Source: an uncultured Actinomycetota bacterium
GTDB lineage: Bacteria > Actinomycetota > Thermoleophilia > Gaiellales > Gaiellaceae
Reading direction: 5' to 3'
DNA: 64,000 bases
Assembly: GCA_963703255.1 (NCBI GenBank)
Contig: OY969809.1
Coordinates: 11,332 to 75,331, forward strand
In this document: piece by piece, positions 29,483 through 39,364 of the stretch
Layout: every line of letters begins with the position of its first letter
How positions within the stretch are numbered: the first letter of the stretch is position 1
Program-made: the position numbers and the translations under genes
Notes under the pieces: model-generated
The model's database searches: none
Told to the model about the DNA's origin: nothing
Seen by the model: the letters and a program-made list of their open reading frames with translations, nothing else

Positions 29483-30487
29483 ATGAGTCCTGCAACCCAC
29501 AGCAGCACCGAGGTCAGTTGGCAGGTCGGTAAGGCCACGATCGACGGCACGCTCGTTCGCCCGATGGCGCAGAGCACCGGGGCGGGCGTGGTGTTCGCGG
29601 CTGGGAGCGGCCCGACCGACCGCGACTGGAACTCACCGCTGCTTCCAGGCACCGATGGCAGCGGCAAACTCCTTGCGCAGGAATTGGCGGACGCCGGAAT
29701 CGCATCGCTCCGCTACGACAAGAGCGTCACGGGGGCGCACGCGGTCGAGAACATCGAGGCGCTCGGCGGCCTGACGATGCAGCACCACACCGACGAGTTC
29801 GCAGGCGCTGTGCGTGTGCTCGCAAAGGAGCCCTCCGTTGGTCGCATCTTCGGTCTCGGCAACAGCGAAGGGACGCTCCACGTCCTCCACTACCAGCTCG
29901 GCGACCCGGCGATCCCGCTCGCGGGCATGGTGCTGATCGGCCCTCCCGGCCGCTCCGTCGGCGATGTCGGGCGTGCGCAGCTCGCAGCGCAAGCCGCGCT
30001 CGTCCCGGGCGGCGAGGCGCTGCTCGGGCTCTACGACGAAGCGGTCGCCCGCTTCGTGCGCGGCGAGCCGACCGTGCCCGACCCGGCTCTCCCGGAAGGC
30101 GTGCAGAGCTTGCTGCACGGCCTCGAAAGCCCGATGAACCTTCCGTTCGCCCGCGAGCTCTGGCTCGCCGATGCCTCCTCGCTGCTTGGGCGTGTCGACG
30201 TGCCCGTGCTGGTCGTGATCGGAAAGAAGGACATCCAGGTCAACTGGAAGGACGACGGCGAGCTCCTCCGCCGCGCAGCAGCGGGACGCGCCGACGTCAC
30301 CTTCGTCTTCCCAGAGGATGCCAACCACGTCCTCAAGCACGAGCCGCATTTGCTGGGAGAGCTGACTGCCGAGGCCCTCTTTGCCGCGTACAACGCCGCC
30401 GACGCTGTGCTCGATGCGGATGCCACCGCAACGGTCATCGACTGGCTGAGGCAGCACGGGGAACTCGATCGTCTTCAAGCGCGCTGA
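29483..30487 (+). CDS. alpha/beta hydrolase
   Basis: ORF 29483..30487. Nucleophile elbow GLGNSEG and overall alpha/beta-hydrolase layout. Confidence 0.8.
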   Translation: MSPATHSSTEVSWQVGKATIDGTLVRPMAQSTGAGVVFAAGSGPTDRDWNSPLLPGTDGSGKLLAQELADAGIASLRYDKSVTGAHAVENIEALGGLTMQHHTDEFAGAVRVLAKEPSVGRIFGLGNSEGTLHVLHYQLGDPAIPLAGMVLIGPPGRSVGDVGRAQLAAQAALVPGGEALLGLYDEAVARFVRGEPTVPDPALPEGVQSLLHGLESPMNLPFARELWLADASSLLGRVDVPVLVVIGKKDIQVNWKDDGELLRRAAAGRADVTFVFPEDANHVLKHEPHLLGELTAEALFAAYNAADAVLDADATATVIDWLRQHGELDRLQAR

Positions 30488-30607
30488 GCGATAGCCGCTT
30501 CGAGGAGGAACGCGCCGCACAGCTCGCCGCGAGTCGGGGTAGGGGTTGCGGCGGCAAGATCATCCCAACGGGAAGCCGCACCCCCGCCTGGCCGACCGGG
30601 TCGCCTA

Positions 30608-30629
30608 AGGGCCTACCGAGATAGGCCCT
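30608..30629 (-). terminator. 8-bp hairpin just downstream of the zinc-ribbon miniprotein
   Basis: AGGGCCTA-ccgaga-TAGGCCCT. The T tract is weak on both strands. Confidence 0.4.
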
Positions 30630-30635
30630 AATAAG

Positions 30636-30818
30636 TCAGCGCGAGGAGAGCGCGTGCACGTGCTGGTTGGCCGTGTACATGCAGTCCTCGTTGCTGCACA
30701 CCCACTGGCGCTTTGGGACGGCGCGGGGGGCGCTGCCTCGCACGGGGCGCGGAATTGCCATCTCGTGCAGCTTGAGCGGCGATTTGCACTGTGGACACGT
30801 GGGCTTCGAATTCGTCAT
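30636..30818 (-). CDS. zinc-ribbon miniprotein (60 aa)
   Basis: Tail of ORF 30636..30881. ATG at 30818 follows GGAGAG. CPQC...(32 aa)...CSNEDC arrangement. Lies in a locally low-GC stretch. Confidence 0.45.
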   Translation of the reverse strand: MTNSKPTCPQCKSPLKLHEMAIPRPVRGSAPRAVPKRQWVCSNEDCMYTANQHVHALSSR

Positions 30819-30857
30819 GTCTCTCTCCAGCGTCAAGAATGAGGACCCGGGCGACTG

Positions 30858-30885
30858 CTGCTTGCAACTGCCTGCTTGCACTGCC
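30858..30885. repeat. tandem direct repeat CTGCTTGCA(A)CTGCC x2
   Basis: Read directly from the sequence. It lies 40-70 bp upstream of the miniprotein start on the minus strand and is a possible operator or promoter element. Confidence 0.7.
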
Positions 30886-31015
30886 TACTTCATGCCTTGC
30901 CGACCGCTTCGGGGTCTGCGTGCGCTCTCGCTGAGCTTTCCCAAACCCGCTCCCTTGCGCGTGCCGCAAGGGCCGCCGTGCCAACCGGCGTCGGGTCGCC
31001 TTTCGAACGCCGTAC

Positions 31016-31042
31016 CCTCCAACGCCTCCAACAACCTCCAAC
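31016..31042. repeat. three direct copies of CCTCCAAC
   Basis: Copies at 31016-23, 31025-32 and 31035-42, directly abutting the terminator at 31044. Confidence 0.8.
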
Positions 31043-31043
31043 C

Positions 31044-31070
31044 AAAAAGCCCCGATTTGCGGGGCTTTTA
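31044..31070. terminator. bidirectional intrinsic terminator
   Basis: AAAAA-GCCCCG-atttg-CGGGGC-TTTT. The GC stem is flanked by an A run and a T run. Confidence 0.7.
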
Positions 31071-31157
31071 TGCGACTCTGATTCCTGCGACCGTCCCTAG
31101 CCTACCTGATCGAGGGCTCGTCCGAGCGGCTCGACGGTGCTCGGTCGTCGCGCCCAA

Positions 31158-31183
31158 CAAAAAACCCGCCTGAGCGGGTTTTT
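31158..31183. terminator. bidirectional intrinsic terminator downstream of tRNA-Gln
   Basis: AAAAAAA-CCCGC-ctga-GCGGG-TTTTT. On the minus strand the stem is followed by 7 T, about 20 nt past the tRNA 3' end. Confidence 0.8.
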
Positions 31184-31203
31184 CCTCAATGCATCTCGAA
31201 GAA

Positions 31204-31274
31204 CTGCGGGACTAGGACTCGAACCTAGACTACCTGATCCAGAGTCAGGCGTCCTACCATTAGACGATCCCGCA
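31204..31274 (-). tRNA. tRNA-Gln (anticodon CTG)
   Basis: Manual fold of the reverse complement: acceptor TGCGGGA/TCCCGCA (U1-A72 as in bacterial tRNA-Gln), D arm GTCT/GGAC, anticodon arm CCTGA-CTCTGGA-TCAGG, T arm CTAGG-TTCGAGT-CCTAG, discriminator G. No encoded CCA. Confidence 0.9.
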
Positions 31275-31351
31275 ACGGGTTCCAAGTGTAGCCAGGAGCC
31301 CGTTTCGGACTCGCGCGAGGCGGCCCGGCGCGGCTCGGATCCCGCGGATCG

Positions 31352-32248
31352 TCAGATCTCGAGGCGGTACAGCGGGACGAGCCGCTTCTCGGCCTCGGTG
31401 TCGATGTGTGCGATCACCTCGACGTAGGGCTCGAGGCCGGAGCCGCGCAGCTTGGCCTTGAGGAGGCCGTCGACCTGGTAGATGCCGGAGGAGTTGTTCA
31501 TCGTGATCTCGATCCTGATCGGCTTGGTCTCGCCGTCTGCGATCGAGACGTCCTCGATCGCCGCGGCCGAGAGCGAGTGGATGCCGACGTGGCCGCGCTC
31601 GAACGGGATCCGCGAGCGGCCCTGCTCCATGTCGAGGGCGTCGGCGACCCGGAGGATCCCGGCCTCGAGGGTCAGCGGCTCGCCGTCGGAGCGATGGCTG
31701 ATGATCCCCTGGAGGACCTCCGAGACGATCACGGTCAGGTCCGGCTCGGTGTAGATCCCCTTGAGGAGCTCACGGAGCTTGGGCTCGGCCAGGAACAGGC
31801 TGAAGTCCTCGTGCCCGTGCCGGTGGACGGACATCCCGATGCAGTGCGTCAAAGCGGTCAGGGCGACGACGACCTCGGCGTCTGCCTGCTCCATGCCGTA
31901 GTCGGCCACCATCGCCGGCTCGATCCCGTGCTTTGTGAGCTGCCGGAGCATCTTCAGCGCGATGTTCGTGACGATCTGGATGTGCACCCAGGAGTGGTCG
32001 TTGATCTGGAGCCGCGCGACCGCGTTGACATTGGCGACATGCCACCAGGCCTTGATCTGGTCGTCGTGGTTGACCCGGTCGATCACCCGCCGGAGCTTGT
32101 CGTTGCGCCTGACCGGGACGTTGATCCGCATCCGCGCGACCGCCTCGGTGGGCGTCAGCCTGACCTCGCGCTGCGCCTCCTCGGACGCGGGCTCGGCGAT
32201 TCGCTCCTGCGTCTCGGGATCCAGCTCGTTCCCGGGCTCGGGCTCCAT
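31352..32248 (-). CDS. HD-domain metal-dependent phosphohydrolase
   Basis: ORF 31352..32248. H...HD-type residues (NDHSWVHIQIV, LTHCIGMSVHRHGHEDFS). Confidence 0.8.
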   Translation of the reverse strand: MEPEPGNELDPETQERIAEPASEEAQREVRLTPTEAVARMRINVPVRRNDKLRRVIDRVNHDDQIKAWWHVANVNAVARLQINDHSWVHIQIVTNIALKMLRQLTKHGIEPAMVADYGMEQADAEVVVALTALTHCIGMSVHRHGHEDFSLFLAEPKLRELLKGIYTEPDLTVIVSEVLQGIISHRSDGEPLTLEAGILRVADALDMEQGRSRIPFERGHVGIHSLSAAAIEDVSIADGETKPIRIEITMNNSSGIYQVDGLLKAKLRGSGLEPYVEVIAHIDTEAEKRLVPLYRLEI

Positions 32249-32353
32249 CCGGCCAGCTTAGAGCGAGAAGGGCCGTTGCGGTACCCGGCCGAGACGCGGT
32301 CCGTGGGAGCAAATCGCCCTGGCGCACTCCGGCGGATGTGGCATGAATCACGT

Positions 32354-33631
32354 ATGCACGAACATCCGGTGCGGATCGTCGTCCCCGACGATCTCCGCCG
32401 AAACCGGCTCACGGTCTTCTTCCGCCTGATCCTGGCGATCCCCCTGTTCCTCTGGTTCGCGATCTGGACCGTGGTCGCGATCGTCGTCTCGTTCTTTGCC
32501 TGGCTGATCGCGCTCTTCCTCGGCCGGCTTCCCGGCAGCCTCCATCGGTTCTTCTGCGCGTACGTGCGCTTCACGGCGCATATGTACGCGTACTTCTGGC
32601 TGGTCGCCAACCCGTACCCGCCGTTTGGGGGGTACGCGGGCGACTACGCCTTCGATGTGCGGCTGCCCGCGACCCCGTCGCGGCAGGCGCGGTGGCGGAT
32701 CCTGCTGCGCCTGCTGCTCGCGCTTCCTGCGTTCCTCGTCTTCAGCACCCTGGGCGGCCTTGCGGTCGGAGGCTCGACCCGCGGCAGGTCCAAGTCGGCG
32801 GGCGCCCAGGCGTTCGGGCTCGGGGCGACCTCCGCCGTGCTCGGGTGGTTCGCGTCCCTCTTCACGGGACGGATGCCTCGCGGGCTCAGAGATGCCGGCG
32901 CCTTCTCGATCGGCTACCAGGCCCAGACGCTCGCCTACCTCTTCCTGATCACCGACGCCTATCCGAGCGCCGACCCGACCGCGATGCTCGCCGAGCTCGA
33001 ACGGCCGGCTCGCCACGACGTGCATCTCGTCGGCGACTCGACCGACCTGCGCCGCTCACGCCTCACGGTTGCCCTGCGCCTGCCGCTCGCGATCCCGCAC
33101 ATCGTGTGGCTCGCCCTCTGGGCTGTGCTGGTCGTGCCCACGGTGATCCTCCAGTGGCTCGTCACGCTCTTCCGCGGCGTCCCGGCGCGGCCGCTTCATC
33201 GCTTCCTGAGCCGGTACGTGCGCTACGCCTTCCAGGTCTACGCGTTCGTCGGACTGGTCGCGAACGCGTTTCCGGCGTTTACCGGGCGCGAGGGGATGTA
33301 CCCGCTCGAGCTCGTGCTACCGGCACCCGGCCGCCAGAACCGCTGGAAGACAGGCTTCCGCGGCGTGCTCGCGATCCCGGCTCTCGTCCTGCAGAGCGCC
33401 CTCGGCGCCACGATCGTGGTCGACGCGTTCCTGATGTGGTTCGTCTCGCTGGCGACGGGCTCGGCGCCGGAGGGGCTGCGCAACCTCTCGGCCTACGCGC
33501 TCCGCTACATGGGCCAGACGAACGCGTACTTCCTGCTGCTCACCGACGCGTACCCCAACGCAAGCCCGCTCGAGGGGGAAGAGCGGGATGACGCCGCTAC
33601 CGACATCGAGCTGGTCCGCGAAGCTGCCTGA
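32354..33631 (+). CDS. DUF4389-domain membrane protein (two tandem copies)
   Basis: Protein-like part of ORF 31406..33631 from ATG 32354 (alternative 32336). RLTVFFRLILAIPLF...NPYPPF is repeated as RLTVALRLPLAIPHI...AFPAF. Confidence 0.75.
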   Translation: MHEHPVRIVVPDDLRRNRLTVFFRLILAIPLFLWFAIWTVVAIVVSFFAWLIALFLGRLPGSLHRFFCAYVRFTAHMYAYFWLVANPYPPFGGYAGDYAFDVRLPATPSRQARWRILLRLLLALPAFLVFSTLGGLAVGGSTRGRSKSAGAQAFGLGATSAVLGWFASLFTGRMPRGLRDAGAFSIGYQAQTLAYLFLITDAYPSADPTAMLAELERPARHDVHLVGDSTDLRRSRLTVALRLPLAIPHIVWLALWAVLVVPTVILQWLVTLFRGVPARPLHRFLSRYVRYAFQVYAFVGLVANAFPAFTGREGMYPLELVLPAPGRQNRWKTGFRGVLAIPALVLQSALGATIVVDAFLMWFVSLATGSAPEGLRNLSAYALRYMGQTNAYFLLLTDAYPNASPLEGEERDDAATDIELVREAA

Positions 33632-34853
33632 CCGCACCCGCGGTAAGGCGGTTGTCGTGGTCACCCTGGCCGCCGCGTGGGCCGTCGCGGCCTGGTTTCT
33701 GTGGCGCTCGAAGGTCCCGGGGTCGCTCCGGCTGCCGCACGTCGACACCGCCTCGACGTTCCCGGCCTCCGAGCTGCACCGGGTCGACTACTTCGACCAC
33801 GTCTCGAGCCTGCTCTGGCTCGCGGGTGTCGCGATCGAGCTCGTCGTCTTCGGGATCTACGCCTGGTGGGGGCCGCGGTTCGTGCGCGAGTCGGCTGCCG
33901 GCCCGGTCGGGACGGGGATGCTGCTCGGGATGCTCGGCTTCGGCCTGCTCTGGCTGGTGGACGTGCCGGTGGAGGTCGTCGAGCTCTGGTGGGCGCGGCG
34001 CCACGGCGTCAGCCACGAGAGCTACGTCACGGCCGTGCTCGGCGGCTGGTTCGCGCTCGGGTTCGGGTTCGTGTTGCTCTGCGTCGCGCTCGGGATCGTG
34101 ATGGGGCTCGCCCGGTGGGTCGGGCACCGGTGGTGGATCCTCGCCGCGCCCGTGTTCGTGGGTCTCGTCCTTCTCGACGTCCTCGTCGCGCCCTATCTCG
34201 TGCCGACGCATCCGACCTCCGACTACCCGGGTCTCTCGGCGTCGGTGGCGAGCCTCGAGCTGAAGGCCCATGTCGGCCACGTTCCCGTGCGCATCCAGGA
34301 CGTCTCGACCGACACGACCCTTCCGAACGCAGAGACCGAGGGGGTCGGGCCGAGCCGCCGGGTCGTCGTCTGGAGCACGCTCCTCGACGGGCGCTTCTCG
34401 AACGGCGAGGTGCGGGTGGTGATCGCCCACGAGCTCGGCCACGTGGCGCGCGACCACATCTGGAAGTCGGTCGGGTGGGAGGCGCTCTTCCTCTTCCCGG
34501 AGGTGTTCCTGATCAGCCTGGTCACCCGGCGCCGGGGCGGGATGGGCGAGCCCGCGGCGGTGCCGCTCGCCGTGTTCGCCTTCGTCGTGATCGGCCTTGT
34601 CGCTCTGCCCGTCCGCAATGTGATCTCCCGGCACATGGAGTCGGAGGCCGACTGGCTCGCGCTCCAGACGACCCATGACCCGCGCGATGCGAGCGCGCTC
34701 TTCGCGTCGTTCGTCCCGACCGCGCTCAGCGACCCGGCGCCGCCGACCTGGGAGTACGTGCTCCTGGACGACCATCCGACGGTCGACCAGCGGATCGCGA
34801 TGGTTCGAGCGTGGAAGGCCCGCTACGCGGCGTCTTCGGCCCAGGAGCCGTAG
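33588..34853 (+). CDS. M48-family zinc metallopeptidase (Ste24/HtpX-like)
   Basis: ORF 33588..34853. Multi-TM N-terminal half, HELGH zinc motif (VIAHELGHVARDH). Confidence 0.85.
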   Translation: MTPLPTSSWSAKLPDRTRGKAVVVVTLAAAWAVAAWFLWRSKVPGSLRLPHVDTASTFPASELHRVDYFDHVSSLLWLAGVAIELVVFGIYAWWGPRFVRESAAGPVGTGMLLGMLGFGLLWLVDVPVEVVELWWARRHGVSHESYVTAVLGGWFALGFGFVLLCVALGIVMGLARWVGHRWWILAAPVFVGLVLLDVLVAPYLVPTHPTSDYPGLSASVASLELKAHVGHVPVRIQDVSTDTTLPNAETEGVGPSRRVVVWSTLLDGRFSNGEVRVVIAHELGHVARDHIWKSVGWEALFLFPEVFLISLVTRRRGGMGEPAAVPLAVFAFVVIGLVALPVRNVISRHMESEADWLALQTTHDPRDASALFASFVPTALSDPAPPTWEYVLLDDHPTVDQRIAMVRAWKARYAASSAQEP

Positions 34854-36616
34854 AGCTCCGAGTACCGGCCATGACGGGCAAGCAGCTCCTCGTGCGTGCC
34901 CTGCTCGACCACGCCGCCGTGCTCGAGCACCACGATGCGGTCGGCGTCGCGGATCGTCGAGAGGCGGTGAGCGATTACGAAGGCGGTGCGCCCGTGGAGC
35001 AGACGACGCAGGGCCCGTTCGATTCGGCGCTCGGTGCCGATGTCGACGGAGCTCGTCGCCTCGTCGAGGATCAGGATCCGCGGGTCGGCAAGGAGCGCGC
35101 GCGCGAAGGCGACGAGCTGGCGCTGGCCGAGCGAGAGCCGGAAGCCGCGCTCGCCGAGTTGAGTGTCGTAGCCGTCCTCGAGCTTGTCGATGAACTCGTC
35201 GGCTCCCACCGCCCGAGCCGCCGAGACGACCTCGTCGCGGCTTGCCTCCGGCCGTCCGAAGGCGATGTTGTCTGCGACCGTGCCGGCGAAGAGGAAGCCC
35301 TCCTGCGGGACGATCCCGAGCTGGCGGCGAAGCTCCTCCTGCCGGACGGTGCGGGGGTCGATCCCGTCGATCGTGATCCGGCCGCTCGTGGGGTCGTAGA
35401 AGCGCGCGATCAGCTTCGCGATCGTCGACTTGCCTGCGCCGGTGTGCCCGACGAGAGCGACGGTCGTTCCTGCCGGGATGTCCAGGTCGATCCCGTGCAG
35501 CACCTCCGGGCCCGTGACGTAGGAGAAGCGGACGTTGTCGAACGCGACGTGGCCCCTGATCAGGCCGAGGTCGGCCTCGCCGTCGACGACGTCGGGCTCT
35601 TCGACGAGGACGTCCATGATCTTGTCGAGGGCCGCGACGGCCGAGAGGAACGTCGAGTAGAGCTGCGACAGGTTCTGGACCGGGTCGAAGAAGTTCGTCA
35701 GGTAGCCGAGGAACGCCGTCAAGACGCCGATCGTCGTGTTGCCGTCGAAGACGAGGTAGCCGCCGTAGCCGAGCACCATCGCCGTCGCGAGCGAGGAGAG
35801 CAGGTCGACGTACGGGAAGTAGAGGGCGTTCTGGACGACCGTCTCCTGGTTCTTGACGCGGTAGGCCTCGCCGACCGTCTTGAAATGCCGCTTTGCCGCC
35901 TCCTCGCGCGTGAAGGCCTGGAGGACGCGCATGCCCGCGATGTCCTCGGCGAGCGTCGCCGTGACGAGCCCGAGCTTCTCGCGGACGCCCCGGTAGGAGC
36001 GGCTCGACTTCTTGCGGAAGACCGCCGTGCCCGCCGTCAGGAACGGGACGACGACCATCGTCGCGAACGCGAGGCGCCAGTCGAGGTAGAAGAGGATCGC
36101 GGCCGATCCGAGCAGCGTCAGCGTGTTCTGGACGAGTGAGGTGACGCCGTCGGTGACGAGTTGGTCGAGCGCCTCGACGTCGTTCGTGAGCCGGCTGATC
36201 AGGACGCCGGCACGGTTGCGCTCGTAGAAGCCGAGCGGGAGCCGCTGCAGGTGGCGGAAGAGGTGGTTTCGGAGGTCGGCGAGCATTCGCTCGCCCGTCC
36301 AGCCCGTGAAGTACGTCTGCGCTGCGGAGGCGGCGAAGCTGACGACCGCGGACCCGACGAAGGCCACGATCAACCAGTCGAGCCGGCCGGTGTGGCCGTT
36401 GCGGACGTCGTCCACGGCGCTGCCGATCAGGAAGGGCGGCGCGAGCGAGGCCGCGGTGGCCGCGAGCAGCGTGCCGAGCGACAGGAGCGTCCGGGCGCGG
36501 TAGGGCTTCGCCAGGCGGTAGAGGGCAGTGAACCGCCTCCTGGTCGCGGCCCACGACCAGTCCTCGACGGTGTTCCTCGCCTGGACGAGGTTCGAGCCGG
36601 GCTGCCAGACGTGCAC
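34823..36616 (-). CDS. ABC transporter ATP-binding/permease protein (exporter half-transporter)
   Basis: ORF 34823..36616. 6-TM domain plus Walker A GHTGAGKST, signature LSLGQRQ and Walker B ILILDEA. Confidence 0.9.
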   Translation of the reverse strand: MHVWQPGSNLVQARNTVEDWSWAATRRRFTALYRLAKPYRARTLLSLGTLLAATAASLAPPFLIGSAVDDVRNGHTGRLDWLIVAFVGSAVVSFAASAAQTYFTGWTGERMLADLRNHLFRHLQRLPLGFYERNRAGVLISRLTNDVEALDQLVTDGVTSLVQNTLTLLGSAAILFYLDWRLAFATMVVVPFLTAGTAVFRKKSSRSYRGVREKLGLVTATLAEDIAGMRVLQAFTREEAAKRHFKTVGEAYRVKNQETVVQNALYFPYVDLLSSLATAMVLGYGGYLVFDGNTTIGVLTAFLGYLTNFFDPVQNLSQLYSTFLSAVAALDKIMDVLVEEPDVVDGEADLGLIRGHVAFDNVRFSYVTGPEVLHGIDLDIPAGTTVALVGHTGAGKSTIAKLIARFYDPTSGRITIDGIDPRTVRQEELRRQLGIVPQEGFLFAGTVADNIAFGRPEASRDEVVSAARAVGADEFIDKLEDGYDTQLGERGFRLSLGQRQLVAFARALLADPRILILDEATSSVDIGTERRIERALRRLLHGRTAFVIAHRLSTIRDADRIVVLEHGGVVEQGTHEELLARHGRYSELYGSWAEDAA

Positions 36617-38403
36617 TAGGCGACCTCCTCGATCTGTGCTGCCGTATCAATCCGGGCTTCCGATTCCAGCCGGCCGTGCTCCCAGATCTCGCGGTAGACG
36701 GGATTGTCGATCAGCGCCTCGTGGCTGCCCCGGGCGGCGATGCCGCCGCCGTCCAGCACCACGATCTCGTCCGCAAGAGCGATCGTCGAGAGCCGATGGG
36801 CGATGATGACCGTCGTCCGGCCCGCCATCGCCTCGCGCAGGCCGAGGCGGATCTTCGCCTCCGTCGAGGCGTCGACCGAGGCGGTCGCGTCGTCGAGGAT
36901 CAGGATGCGCGGGTCGACCACGAGCGCGCGGGCGATCGCGAGCCGCTGGCGCTGGCCGCCCGAGAGCGTGATGCCCCGCTCGCCGATCACGGTGTCGTAT
37001 CCCTCCGGCAGCCGCTCGACGAACTCGTGTGCCTGAGCGAGGCGCGCCGCCTCGACGATGTCCTCCTCGGTCGCCTCGGCCCGCCCGAACGCGAGGTTCT
37101 CGCGAACGGTGGCCGAGAACAGGAACGGATCCTGGGCGATCACGCCGATCTCGCGGCGAAGCGAGTTCAGCGTCACGTCTCGCACGTCGACGCCGTCGAT
37201 CGTCACCCGGCCTTCCTGGACGTCGTAGAAGCGTGGGATCAGCGAGGCGAGCGTCGTCTTCCCCGAGCCGGTGTGGCCGATCAGCGCGACCGTGGTCCCG
37301 GCGGTGAGCTCGAGCTCGATCCCGCTCAGAACGGGGCGGGCCGGGTCGTAGCCGAACGTGACGTTCTCGAAGCGGACGAGGCCGGGGCCCGGCGGAAGCT
37401 CGCGTGCGCCTTCCGGATCGGCGATGTCCTCGATCTCGTCCATGACCTGGAAGATGCGCTCGCCCGAGGCGGTTGCCCGCTGGCCCTCGCCGATCCACAT
37501 CCCGAGCATCCGCAGCGGGAAGACGAGGAGCGCGAGGTAGAGGTTGAAGCGGATGAAGTCCTGGATCGAGAGGGTGCCGTGCGCCACCATCCGGCCGCCG
37601 ATCAGGAGCATCGCCGCCTGGCCGAGATAGGGCAGGGACGAGAGCGCCGGGACGTAGAAGGCGCGCTGCCGGTTGGCCCGTACGCTCTGGCGGAAGAGCT
37701 GCTCGGAGCGATTCTCGAACTTGTCCTGCTCGGCCTGCTCCTGGGCGAACGACTTGACGACGTGGACGCCGACGATGTTCTCCTCGGAGACGGTCGCGAC
37801 GTCGGCCATCTTCTGCTGCACGTCGCGCAGGACGGGGTGCGAGACGATGCTGTAGCGGTAGGCGATCGCGACGAGGAAGGGCGCGAAGGCGAGCGCCACG
37901 AGCGCGAGCTTCCAGGAGATCAGGAACACGATGATCCCGACCCCGACGACCGTGAACACGTGCTGGGCGAAGAAGATCAGCCCGTAGCCGAGGAAGAAGC
38001 GCACGGTCTGCAGGTCGACGGTCGCCCGCGACATCAGCTGGCCGGTCTGGTGACGATCGAAGAACCCGAACGACAGCCGGACGAGCTTCGCGTAGAGCGC
38101 GTTGCGCATGTCGAGCTCGACCCCGAGCGCCTGCGTGCCCGAGAGGAGACGCCGGGCGACGGTGGCCGCCGCCTTCACGACGCCGACCAGGAGGACGATC
38201 CCGAGCAGGAGCGGCAGCTCGTGGCGATGGCCGTTCTTGATCGCGCCCGCAACGTCGCCGGTGAGCCAGGGAAACGCGAGCGTCCCGGCCTGCGCCACGA
38301 AGGCCAGCACGACCGAGAACACGAGCGAGACCTTGTACGGGACGAGGAAACGAAGCAGCCGCACGAAGGTCGAGCGGTAGCGGGGGGCTTCCGGGCTTGT
38401 CAC
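36616..38403 (-). CDS. ABC transporter ATP-binding/permease protein (partner half-transporter)
   Basis: ORF 36616..38646. GTG at 38403 (VTSPEAPRYRSTF) avoids overlap with ftcD and gives 595 aa. GHTGSGKTT, LSGGQRQR and ILILDDA motifs. Confidence 0.85.
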   Translation of the reverse strand: MTSPEAPRYRSTFVRLLRFLVPYKVSLVFSVVLAFVAQAGTLAFPWLTGDVAGAIKNGHRHELPLLLGIVLLVGVVKAAATVARRLLSGTQALGVELDMRNALYAKLVRLSFGFFDRHQTGQLMSRATVDLQTVRFFLGYGLIFFAQHVFTVVGVGIIVFLISWKLALVALAFAPFLVAIAYRYSIVSHPVLRDVQQKMADVATVSEENIVGVHVVKSFAQEQAEQDKFENRSEQLFRQSVRANRQRAFYVPALSSLPYLGQAAMLLIGGRMVAHGTLSIQDFIRFNLYLALLVFPLRMLGMWIGEGQRATASGERIFQVMDEIEDIADPEGARELPPGPGLVRFENVTFGYDPARPVLSGIELELTAGTTVALIGHTGSGKTTLASLIPRFYDVQEGRVTIDGVDVRDVTLNSLRREIGVIAQDPFLFSATVRENLAFGRAEATEEDIVEAARLAQAHEFVERLPEGYDTVIGERGITLSGGQRQRLAIARALVVDPRILILDDATASVDASTEAKIRLGLREAMAGRTTVIIAHRLSTIALADEIVVLDGGGIAARGSHEALIDNPVYREIWEHGRLESEARIDTAAQIEEVA

Positions 38404-38476
38404 CGTCGAAGCGTACGCGGCGGCCCTGTCCACACCGCGGCCCACGATTCCGCTCCCCGGGTCATACGATGCGCCG

Positions 38477-39364
38477 GTGCTCCCCGGCGAGTCCACGCTT
38501 CCGCTCGAGTCCGTGCCCAACTTCTCCGAGGGGAGCGACCGCGCGACGATCGACGCGATCGGGGAGGCACTCGGACGGGCCGCACGGGTCCTCGACCTCC
38601 ATTCGGACGCCGACCACAACCGCTCGGTCTTCACGCTCGTCGGCACCGAGGACGAGCTCGTCGAGGCGCTCGCCGACGGGGTCGCGGTCGCCTGCGAGCG
38701 GATCGACCTCCGCTCCCACAGAGGCGCTCACCCGCGGATCGGCGCAGCGGATGTCGTCCCGATCGTCCCGATCGCGCCCGGGGACATGGAGCGCGCCAGG
38801 GTCGCCGCGGCCCGGGTGGGGGAGCGGCTGGGCGCTCTCGGCCTGCCGGTCTTCATGTACGCGCCGCCCGAGCGCGGGCCTGCCTTCTACCGTCGCGGCG
38901 GCACCGAGCTGCTCGCCAGGCGGCTCGCAGACGGCGAGGTCGTCCCCGATTTCGGCCCGAGCGAGCTGCATCCCACGGCGGGAGGCGTGATCGTCGGTGC
39001 CCGCCGGCCGCTGATCGCGTTCAACGTGAACCTCGAGGGGCCGCTCGAGGCGGCACAGGCGATCGCCTCGGTCGTGCGGGAGAAAGGCGGCGGCTTTCCG
39101 GGCGTTCGGGCCCTCGGGCTCGACCTTCCGAAGGCCGGGCTCGTTCAGGTCTCGATGAACGTGGAGGACTGGGAGGCGGCTGCCCTGCACGAGATCGTCG
39201 AGCGCATTCGCGCCGAGGCGAGCGAGCGGGGTGCGCGCGTGGCCGGGTCGGAGCTCGTCGGCCTGCTGCCGGCAGGCGCTGCCGTGCGGGCCGCAGGCGC
39301 CGCGCTCGGAATCGAAGGCTTCGAGGCCTCGCGCGTGCTGGAGCTCCGGCTGCTCGAAAGCTAA
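38477..39364 (+). CDS. ftcD: glutamate formimidoyltransferase (FtcD N-terminal type)
   Basis: ORF 38477..39364. ESVPNFSEG start motif and the two-subdomain formiminotransferase pattern. Confidence 0.8.
   Translation: MLPGESTLPLESVPNFSEGSDRATIDAIGEALGRAARVLDLHSDADHNRSVFTLVGTEDELVEALADGVAVACERIDLRSHRGAHPRIGAADVVPIVPIAPGDMERARVAAARVGERLGALGLPVFMYAPPERGPAFYRRGGTELLARRLADGEVVPDFGPSELHPTAGGVIVGARRPLIAFNVNLEGPLEAAQAIASVVREKGGGFPGVRALGLDLPKAGLVQVSMNVEDWEAAALHEIVERIRAEASERGARVAGSELVGLLPAGAAVRAAGAALGIEGFEASRVLELRLLES

Noticed and set aside
30490-31352. Prophage or integrative element inserted at tRNA-Gln.
   Set aside because: No integrase, excisionase or phage genes are present, and I could not find a duplicated copy of the tRNA 3' end in the window. 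Only a small compositionally odd islet remains, which is reported as a finding.
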